37,790 bases of DNA, from contig DAOSJS010000003.1 in assembly GCA_035367355.1 (NCBI GenBank), positions 1 through 37,790 of the forward strand. Reading direction: 5' to 3'. The stretch comes from Candidatus Hydrogenedentota bacterium (GTDB lineage: Bacteria > Hydrogenedentota > Hydrogenedentia > Hydrogenedentales > SLHB01). Below are positions 7,808-14,764 of this stretch, piece by piece (the first letter of the stretch is position 1; every line of letters starts with the position of its first letter). Position numbers and translations under genes: made by a program. The notes under the pieces are model-generated. The model ran no database searches. It saw only the letters and a program-made list of their open reading frames with translations, and was not told the DNA's origin.

Positions 7808-8512
7808 TCAGCCGCCGCGCACGATACCCATCGCCCGGTCCGTCCAGGCCGCAGGCTCGCTGTCTGGGAGCGCTTCCGGCTGCGACGTGGGTGATGGGGG
7901 AAATTTGTTATCAAACCGGACCTCGTACGCACGCAAATGGCGGGTAATTTCTTCGAGACTGAGGGATTCCAGCGTTCGCCGCCAGACCCCCTCGTCAAAG
8001 GCGGCGGCGTCGAGCTCGCGCCCAAGTCCGCAGAACCGTTCGAGTGCACGCTGCCGCGCCGTCACGCCATCGCGCACGATGCCGGCCAGGGCCGTGGGCT
8101 CGAGCGCCATTTCGCGGATGGTTTCGTGGAGGGCGCGCGCGGTGTCCGGAGAGAACGACGGCATGCGTTCTGCCCGGAGAAATTGCGTACTATGCCGGCC
8201 TTCGAGCAGGAGTTCGCGCACGTCCTTCGACCACCTGATGACAGTGAACAGGCCGGCTTCTTCACGCACGGCATCGCCGTCGTGCTCGAGCCAGCGCAGC
8301 GGATGCGGCGCCTTTTCAGTAGCCCAGACGCCTTCCGGGCAGGGCGCCTGCTCAAAACGCCAGCCGACCAGGTATCCCGCCTGTTCGAGCCGCAGATCCC
8401 GGTGCGGGCCTGCGGCGTCAACGTGGCGGTGGAGCACAAAACGCCCCGCGGGCGCCTGATTCCGTTCCGAAACCGGGCTCATTTCCGGCAAAAAGGCGAT
8501 TTTCCAATACAT
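7808..8512 (-). CDS. LigD 3'-phosphoesterase (LigD_N/PE)-like domain protein with an unknown C-terminal half
   Basis: ATG at 8512 preceded by AAGGGAGA. RFVLHRH-x6-HRDLRLE...GW...HPLRWLEHDG resembles the PF13298 signature F-V-x-Q-x-H...H-Y-D-x-R-L-E...SWA...DHPL-x-Y. The C-terminal ~120 aa is unrecognised. Confidence 0.55.
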   Translation of the reverse strand: MYWKIAFLPEMSPVSERNQAPAGRFVLHRHVDAAGPHRDLRLEQAGYLVGWRFEQAPCPEGVWATEKAPHPLRWLEHDGDAVREEAGLFTVIRWSKDVRELLLEGRHSTQFLRAERMPSFSPDTARALHETIREMALEPTALAGIVRDGVTARQRALERFCGLGRELDAAAFDEGVWRRTLESLSLEEITRHLRAYEVRFDNKFPPSPTSQPEALPDSEPAAWTDRAMGIVRGG

Positions 8513-8532
8513 GCCCACAGTCTCCCTTCTCG

Positions 8533-8757
8533 TTACGCCAGTTGGCGCAGCAAAGACATGATGACGCCCACCAGATTGGCCACCAGCAGGGCCACGCCCC
8601 GCGCAAGCGTGCTTTCGAGCCGCTGCACGCGGGTCTTGACCTCGCAGAGATCCTCCCGAAGGCTCATCCACTGAATGTCATGGACGGGCTGGTAGGGGCA
8701 CGCTGCCGCGCTGTCAGGCAGTGCCTGTTTTCCCGCTGCGTTGCTGCACGGATTCAT
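8533..8757 (-). CDS. small tail-anchored membrane protein (XhlA-like architecture)
   Basis: ATG at 8757 preceded by AAGGAGG plus a 7-nt spacer. 74 aa: a helical region (LREDLCEVKTRVQRLESTLA) followed by a C-terminal TM helix (GVALLVANLVGVIMSLL). Confidence 0.4.
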   Translation of the reverse strand: MNPCSNAAGKQALPDSAAACPYQPVHDIQWMSLREDLCEVKTRVQRLESTLARGVALLVANLVGVIMSLLRQLA

Positions 8758-8771
8758 CGCGCGGCCTCCTT

Positions 8772-10433
8772 TCAGTTGCTCGACCGGCTGATTTCGTACC
8801 AGGCGCCGGCCACAAATACGAGCACCAGGGTGTCGTCGGGATGGGCGGTCCACGGCCCCGCCAGGTGAAGGTTGGCGTTGTCGGCGAACACACAGTCAGA
8901 ATCCCCGCCGACGATGGTGACGAATTGCCCGGGGGCTCCGTCTTCGAGCTGAGTGACGTCATGACCGGGCGTCCAGCCGTCAGGCACGCAAAAGACGTTG
9001 GCTCCCCGTACGCTGGGGGTGCTGTCGTTGGCGGCGAAGGTGACGAGCGCGGAGGTGTTGAGCGCCCCGGCCACAGACGCATTCGCGCCAAAGAACGCAT
9101 CCGGCCCGTTCAGGCGCAGGGCCGTGGTCTGCGTTCCAGCGTTGAGAAGCCGGAATTCGATCTGGCCCGATTCGCTGCCGGCAGCGGTCTCCTGGATTCG
9201 GCTGGAAATCAGCGCGTATGACACAGGACTGGATGCGCTGTTGAGTCCGCGGAATACGATCGAACCCACCGCGGTGTCTTTGACCGGCGTACCGGTGCGG
9301 TCCAGGTACAGCGCCGGTTGCGTGCTGTTGTGAAGGCGTATCTGGCCTTGCTGCTGGAGTTGCGATGCGCTGACTGAGAAATTCGAGGAAGCCAGCGTAA
9401 GTGTCGCTGCGCCGCTGGCGGCAGAAACGTTGAGGTTGCCCGGCGTGGTAAGATCTCCGCCCTGGACTTCGAGGTCTCCCGCGACGGTAACGTCGTCGCC
9501 AAACCGGCAGGCGCCCCGCCCGGTATAAACGGCGTAATTGGCCGCCATACCCTGAGTGATGTCATCGAGATACAGGCCGTAGAGGTTGGTGACCGTGCCT
9601 GTGGCGCCGGAGACCCGGCCATGCAGGGCGACGCCGTTGGTCATGCCGCCGAGCTGGTTGAGCAGCACTTCGCCGCGGACGCCGACTCCCCGGTTGATTG
9701 AGGTGAAAACCGGTCCCGGCATCACGCGTCCGGCTGCGCCAATGAGGTCGGTTGCCGAAGCGCTGTATCCCGAGCCAATGGTGGCGCTGCCCGCCATGCC
9801 TTGAATGCTGGATGCGGTATGAAATCCGCTGGACCACACGGTATGGCCTTCGAGTGCGGCACGGCTGGTGGAGGAGAGCGTACTGGAACCTTCAAACTGC
9901 GCCTTCAGCAGATACGAATTGCCGGTGGCCGTTCCAGCGGAAACCGGGCCTCTTACGTTGAGAGCCCCGGGCAATATGACGTCGCCGCTGTTCTGGATGC
10001 GGAGGTCCGGGGCGTTCAAAGGCTGGATCGCGCTGCCGGTATCCTTCCACAGTTGTTCGCCGGTTCCACTGAGGAAATCCGCCCGCGTCATGTTGCGCGT
10101 GGCGCCAGCGCTGGCGTCATGGATCAGGACCATGTCGGCGTCATCGGCCTGGGATTCACTCTGGGCGGCCGGAATGCAGAGCGCACCAGCGTCGAGCAGC
10201 CCTTCGCTCGTCGTGAGAGTATGTTCCTCCGGACCCGCCACCAGTCGGCCGCGAAGAATGATGCCGCCGTCGGTCCGGATGTCCCCGTCGGCGTCAATGT
10301 CGACTCCGCCGTCCGAATCGCCATAGCCGCCACCGATGCGCAGCGATTCCAGGTAGCGTGGTGCGGCGCCCAGGGCCGGCAGCAGAACGGCCGCAATGCC
10401 TATGCTGAATAACCAGGGATATCTGCGCATCAT
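8772..10433 (-). CDS. fibre-like / beta-rich repeat protein with signal-peptide-like N-terminus
   Basis: 553 aa. The start overlaps the protease stop (ATGA). N-terminus MMRRYPWLFSIGIAAVLLPALGAAP. Gly/Ser/Thr/Ala-rich body. The DDADMVLIHDASAGATRNMTRADF motif and the C-terminal ...LVLVFVAGAWYEISR are common in phage fibre proteins. Confidence 0.5.
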   Translation of the reverse strand: MMRRYPWLFSIGIAAVLLPALGAAPRYLESLRIGGGYGDSDGGVDIDADGDIRTDGGIILRGRLVAGPEEHTLTTSEGLLDAGALCIPAAQSESQADDADMVLIHDASAGATRNMTRADFLSGTGEQLWKDTGSAIQPLNAPDLRIQNSGDVILPGALNVRGPVSAGTATGNSYLLKAQFEGSSTLSSTSRAALEGHTVWSSGFHTASSIQGMAGSATIGSGYSASATDLIGAAGRVMPGPVFTSINRGVGVRGEVLLNQLGGMTNGVALHGRVSGATGTVTNLYGLYLDDITQGMAANYAVYTGRGACRFGDDVTVAGDLEVQGGDLTTPGNLNVSAASGAATLTLASSNFSVSASQLQQQGQIRLHNSTQPALYLDRTGTPVKDTAVGSIVFRGLNSASSPVSYALISSRIQETAAGSESGQIEFRLLNAGTQTTALRLNGPDAFFGANASVAGALNTSALVTFAANDSTPSVRGANVFCVPDGWTPGHDVTQLEDGAPGQFVTIVGGDSDCVFADNANLHLAGPWTAHPDDTLVLVFVAGAWYEISRSSN

Positions 10434-11119
10434 TCGTCCTCCCAGAGTCCGCCTGCCCCCAGCTCGATGGGCAGATGAAAGTCGCGCCGGGCCGCAGCCA
10501 GCGCATCATCGAGACCGAGCGCCCGGGTCCCTGCCACGAAGCGGGTGCCCTGCGAACCCGAGGCGACGACGGAGCCTTCGGTTACCTCGAGCACATCGCG
10601 CAGCACGCAATGACATAGATTTTCGCCGTAGCTGCGCCCGGGGATGTGTTCGCAGGTCCGCAGATCTTTGCCACAGACCGAGCATTCGGGTTTGCGGAAC
10701 GAGAAACCGATCGAGGTCTCCCGGTACACGCCGCCTTCGATGTTCAGGATGAAGTCCTGATTGGCGCGGGTACGGAGAACATAGACATCGGGCCGGACCG
10801 CCAGCTGTTCTCCGTCGGTATGAAGGCGCGAACGGAAGAACGTGCCCCGGGGCAGCGAACCGCGCACATCATGCCGTTCCATGAGGGGGCGCCCCGGAAC
10901 CAGCGCGTTGATCCGCTCCAGTTCTTCCTCGGGAAAGCGGCTGAAATGGCGGTCGATCCGGTTGTTGCACAGATCGAGCGTGAATACGGCGAATTCTTCC
11001 GCCGTCAGAGGCCGCAGGGTAAACGCATTGACCTCGTCGATCGTATCGGCCACTGTGCCGCCATCGCGTGTGCCGACGAGGACGCCTTCGTGGCGGAAGA
11101 CAAACGGTTCCAGTTCCAT
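10430..11119 (-). CDS. prohead protease candidate (S78/HK97-like) with Cys/His cluster
   Basis: ATG at 11119 preceded by GAGGAAAGGA. Lies directly after the portal gene. LMERHD...LPRGTF...IEGGVYRETSIGF resembles the His and Ser regions of Peptidase_S78. Followed by CSVCGKDLRTCEH...CHC. Confidence 0.5.
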   Translation of the reverse strand: MELEPFVFRHEGVLVGTRDGGTVADTIDEVNAFTLRPLTAEEFAVFTLDLCNNRIDRHFSRFPEEELERINALVPGRPLMERHDVRGSLPRGTFFRSRLHTDGEQLAVRPDVYVLRTRANQDFILNIEGGVYRETSIGFSFRKPECSVCGKDLRTCEHIPGRSYGENLCHCVLRDVLEVTEGSVVASGSQGTRFVAGTRALGLDDALAAARRDFHLPIELGAGGLWEDE

Positions 11120-11146
11120 TGGAGTTCCTTTCCTCGGGATACGGGT

Positions 11147-12418
11147 TCAGGAGACAGTGATGCCCAGGGATTCCGCGGCCTTTTCGTGAGTGAGGAAGCC
11201 GGCGTCGCGCAACAGAATCGCGTTTTCAATCTCGTGGCGCCGGGCCTGGGCTTCGCGCACGATGTCGGCGGTGCGGTGCGAGCGCATGTGCACGGCGGCA
11301 CGCGCGCTGCCCCACATGAGGGCCAGCTCAAAGTTGTACAGCCGTTCGAGCAGGCGTTTGACGCAACGGTTCACCGCAGTAACCTGGCGGGTGATGATCT
11401 CGAATTGCGCTGTGCCGTAGGTTTCTGTCGTACCGTAGTTGCGCCCCAGAAGGATCGGCATCAGGTGCATGCCCGTGATGACCTGTTCCTCGATGGCCTT
11501 GTGATTTTCATAGAAAACCTGGGAGCGCTGATCGCCGCGGACCAGCGACACGCTGACGTTGTCAAAGGTCACAAGATTCTGATCAGTCTCCAGGGAACTC
11601 AGCTTCGTGCGCAGTTCGGAGAAATTGGCCTCTACGCGGTTGTGATAGGCCTCAACCGATTCGCCCCGCTGCCGTTCCTCGGGCCGGTACTGAACGTGGA
11701 GCTTCGCCCATCCCGCGTTATGGGTGGCCTTGGCCATGTCTTCCAGAAGACGCTGCTGGATCTTGACCACGAACGGAATGGCACGCAGCATCGATCGCCC
11801 ATACGGATTGGTGCCGTCGCGATCGAGGCCCACATACATGAAACGCTCCCGGGGCAGGGGGATCTCGCGGCCTTCGTGGAGCTGGAAAGCCTCCAGCCCA
11901 TGTTTCCCGCGCCGGAACCGCAGCGTCCAGACATCCACCGGCACAACGTCCCAGATCGATTCCCGGCTCTGCGACAGCACAATTTCGACCGCCGCCGCCC
12001 CGTACGTGAACAGGGAGGTGTAGAAGATGTCGAGCAGGCCGTCCATGCCCCGGTCGCCGCTGTTGACGCGGCGGTTGAGGGCATCGAGCAGGCGTTCCGC
12101 CCGGCGCTGAGCCGGGCGCGATGAGGCCTGCGTGATCTCGAGGTCGTAGCCGGTCTGGCACAACCGTTTCCAGGTCCAGATGGCATCCGAGATGTCGGGG
12201 ATGGCATCGCGAAGAAAGCGATAGACCTGCAGCATGTAGAACGGAGTCTCGTTGGGCAGCCCGATCACATCCCGAAGGGCCCCCTGCAGGCGGCTGGCGT
12301 CTTCCGGCACCGTGTACGTCCGGGGCGGCCTTTCGCGGAAAGTCTCCGCGAGCACTGTGGTTTTGCGCCGGGCCGGGCGCCACGGCATCGTCCGAAATCG
12401 CTCCAACCATCGTGCCAT
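11147..12418 (-). CDS. phage portal protein
   Basis: ATG at 12418 (MARWLERF...) preceded by AAGGAG plus a 5-nt spacer. 423 aa, with the size and position expected upstream of the protease/capsid genes. Portal-like central region (..NPYGRSMLRAIPFVVKIQQRLLEDMA..). Confidence 0.65.
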   Translation of the reverse strand: MARWLERFRTMPWRPARRKTTVLAETFRERPPRTYTVPEDASRLQGALRDVIGLPNETPFYMLQVYRFLRDAIPDISDAIWTWKRLCQTGYDLEITQASSRPAQRRAERLLDALNRRVNSGDRGMDGLLDIFYTSLFTYGAAAVEIVLSQSRESIWDVVPVDVWTLRFRRGKHGLEAFQLHEGREIPLPRERFMYVGLDRDGTNPYGRSMLRAIPFVVKIQQRLLEDMAKATHNAGWAKLHVQYRPEERQRGESVEAYHNRVEANFSELRTKLSSLETDQNLVTFDNVSVSLVRGDQRSQVFYENHKAIEEQVITGMHLMPILLGRNYGTTETYGTAQFEIITRQVTAVNRCVKRLLERLYNFELALMWGSARAAVHMRSHRTADIVREAQARRHEIENAILLRDAGFLTHEKAAESLGITVS

Positions 12419-12665
12419 GTTCGCTCCTTGCGGGGGGTTGCGGCCGCGTCTACTACATTGGAGCGTGTATTGTCCCGGCAGCGAAACGTATTCGCTCTGG
12501 AAGATGCTGAAGTGACGTATCTTAGGACGGAGTGCCTCCAGTGTGCATGTACTCCGTAAGAGCAGCAGCCGGCCACGGAGGTTCAATCGAACTCAGAGGG
12601 GAAAGGCTCTGCGGATCCGGTCCGGGCGTGGGCGGCCAGCGAAGTGCCGTGCCGCGCCAGGCGAG

Positions 12666-14420
12666 TCAGCGGGCTGTTTCGTCCATGGCCTGCGTGGCGG
12701 GCCGGGGCGTGCGGTAATTGAGATCCACGGGCGATGCTTCGGTCGTAGGCAGCAGTTCGGCGAAATAGACGTCGTTCTGTTCACGGAGCCGCAGGCGGCG
12801 GTGGCAGACGCCACATTTGAACTCGGTGCCCGCCTCGCCGGTCTCCGGAACGGGTACGTACGTACTGCAGAACGGACACGACACGCTGAGGTCGTCTTTG
12901 GCGTAATTCTGGAAGATCGCATCGACGCGCCCGGCCCGGTAGGCCCGGACCATGGCATCAACGATCACGGGGTCGAACTGGGTGCCTTTGCCTTTTTCGA
13001 GTTCCGCGACGGCGATTTCCGGGCTGAGCCCTTTGCGGTACGGGCGATTGCTGGTCATGGCGTCGAAGGTGTCGGCCACCGCAATCAGGCGGCCCTCGAT
13101 GGGGATCTCTTCTCCCGTGAGGCCGAACGGATAGCCCTCGCCGTCGTAGCGTTCGTGATGATACAGCGCATACGGGATCAGCGAGGCGAGAGCGGGCACA
13201 TCCTGCATCATGCGCGCCCCGCGTTCAGGATGCACTTTCATTTTCTCGTATTCGTCGTCGTTGAGGCCGCCAGGTTTGCGCAAAATGTTGTCGTCGATGG
13301 CGATTTTGCCCACGTCATGCAGGACGCCGCCCATTTCGCATTCGCGGAGTTTTTCGTGGTCCCAGCCGAGCTCGCGCGCGATGGCGAGGGCAAAATTGGT
13401 GACGCGCCAGGTGTGGCCCACCGTGTAATGATCGCGGGCCTCGATGGCGTTAGCCGTCATGACCAGGGTGCCCTGATATGCGCTCTCGAGCTTATCGACG
13501 TATTGCGCATTTTTGATGGCGATAGCGGCTGGTCCCGCAAGGGCCACGAGGAGCTCGAGATCGCCCTCCGTAAACGCATTCGTGGTGCCTCGTGTGTCGA
13601 CATAGAGCACGCCCAGCGTCTCATCGTGCACCTGCAGGGGCGTGCACATGGCCGAGGCAATGTTGTGCAGAATAATGCTCTGGCCGTGGCCCAGACGGCT
13701 GTCGTCCGCGGCGTCAAACACGAGGATGGCTTCGCTCTGATCGTAGGCCCGCTGCACGATGGTGGAACTGATCGTCACGTGCTCGTTTTCGTCGCGGCCC
13801 TTGCGCATGTGGGCAGGTTCCAGGCGCGATGTGGCGGGGTCGGCCAGCAGAATAGCCCCGTTGTGCGCCGGCACCAGCCCAAAGATCTGGTCGAGAACGC
13901 GCTCAAAAAGCCGGTTCAGATCGCGCTCGCTTGAGATAACCTGATTGGCCGCATAAACCGCCGCAAGGCGCTCCTGGGCCTTGCGGGCCTGCTCTGCGGT
14001 CTGCGCGGACAGAGGAGCGGCAAGAAACGTGCGGTGAACGTTTTCCGCGGTCAGGGCCTGCACATTCTCCACGCCGCCTTCCTCAAACACCACGGAGGGC
14101 GACCCTGAATGGCTCGGCAATTCCGCCGCACAGCTTTCAAACCGCAGACTAATGGGGCCGATGGAAATGACGTCGCCGTGAGACAGCCGGTACTCGACAA
14201 TCCGGTGGTTGTGCACATACGTCCCGTTGCCGCTCCCCAGGTCCCGGATAAGCGTGCCCAGCGCCGTCTGTTGAATCACCGCATGCCTGCGGGACACTTC
14301 GAGCTCGTTGAGTTGCAGGCCGCTGTGCGGGCTCCGGCCAATGGTCAGCGTGCCTGTGATTGGGCACGTTTCACCCTTCCTGAGGCCGGTCAGAACTCGG
14401 ATTGTCTCGCAGGGTTTCAT
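12666..14420 (-). CDS. FHA - GAF - HD-GYP (c-di-GMP phosphodiesterase-type) protein with C-terminal zinc ribbon
   Basis: N-terminal FHA (TIGRSPHSGLQLNELEVSRRHAVI...GSGNGTYVN-like). Central GAF. HD-GYP motifs HDVGK and HHERYDGEGYP. C-terminal CPFC-x19-CGVC. Confidence 0.85.
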   Translation of the reverse strand: MKPCETIRVLTGLRKGETCPITGTLTIGRSPHSGLQLNELEVSRRHAVIQQTALGTLIRDLGSGNGTYVHNHRIVEYRLSHGDVISIGPISLRFESCAAELPSHSGSPSVVFEEGGVENVQALTAENVHRTFLAAPLSAQTAEQARKAQERLAAVYAANQVISSERDLNRLFERVLDQIFGLVPAHNGAILLADPATSRLEPAHMRKGRDENEHVTISSTIVQRAYDQSEAILVFDAADDSRLGHGQSIILHNIASAMCTPLQVHDETLGVLYVDTRGTTNAFTEGDLELLVALAGPAAIAIKNAQYVDKLESAYQGTLVMTANAIEARDHYTVGHTWRVTNFALAIARELGWDHEKLRECEMGGVLHDVGKIAIDDNILRKPGGLNDDEYEKMKVHPERGARMMQDVPALASLIPYALYHHERYDGEGYPFGLTGEEIPIEGRLIAVADTFDAMTSNRPYRKGLSPEIAVAELEKGKGTQFDPVIVDAMVRAYRAGRVDAIFQNYAKDDLSVSCPFCSTYVPVPETGEAGTEFKCGVCHRRLRLREQNDVYFAELLPTTEASPVDLNYRTPRPATQAMDETAR

Positions 14421-14650
14421 TCAGTCGTCCACGGTCCGGAGTTTACACATTCCCGCGCTTGTCCAGGGCCTGGAAGACCTGCCCGCACGCCACACCTCGC
14501 ACCGCGAAGCCGGGCGGATGGGCTGCCACGCCCTGCACTAATCCGCACCTTGAGATTATGCCGGAAAGGCTTTCTTTCCGCATTTCCCCTCCTTTATAGC
14601 ACACAACCCTGCCAAGATTCGCGGAAAATCGCATGCGATCGTCCGTTTAG

Positions 14651-14679
14651 TTGACAGGTGTCTGGCGAGTTCCTATAAT
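14651..14679 (+). promoter_or_regulatory. sigma70-type promoter for the HDOD gene
   Basis: TTGACA (14651-14656), a 17-nt spacer, then TATAAT (14674-14679): both hexamers are consensus. Confidence 0.6.
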
Positions 14680-14691
14680 CGCAGTGTCAAT

Positions 14692-14764
14692 AGCGGGAAA
14701 TCTGAGTTTTCCCGCTCACGTCTGTGAGAGCGGGTCGTGTGAGATCCCTGGGGTTTGTCAGGGA
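14692..14764 (+). promoter_or_regulatory. structured 5' leader of the HDOD gene: two mutually exclusive hairpins plus an SD-occluding hairpin
   Basis: Hairpin A: AGCGGGAAA (14692-14700) with TTTCCCGCT (14708-14716). Hairpin B: CCCGCUCAC (14711-14719) with GUGAGAGCGGG (14724-14734); it shares CCCGCU with A. Hairpin C: TCCCTG (14745-14750) with CAGGGA (14759-14764); it overlaps the GGGAGG SD. Confidence 0.4.

Noticed and set aside
12578-12595. GGAGGTTCAATCGAACTC, superficially like a tRNA T-arm (GGTTCAATC), at the right junction of the phage-like locus.
   Set aside because: The flanking bases do not form a 5-bp T stem, and no acceptor, D or anticodon arms can be drawn around it. It is not a tRNA or tRNA fragment I can support.
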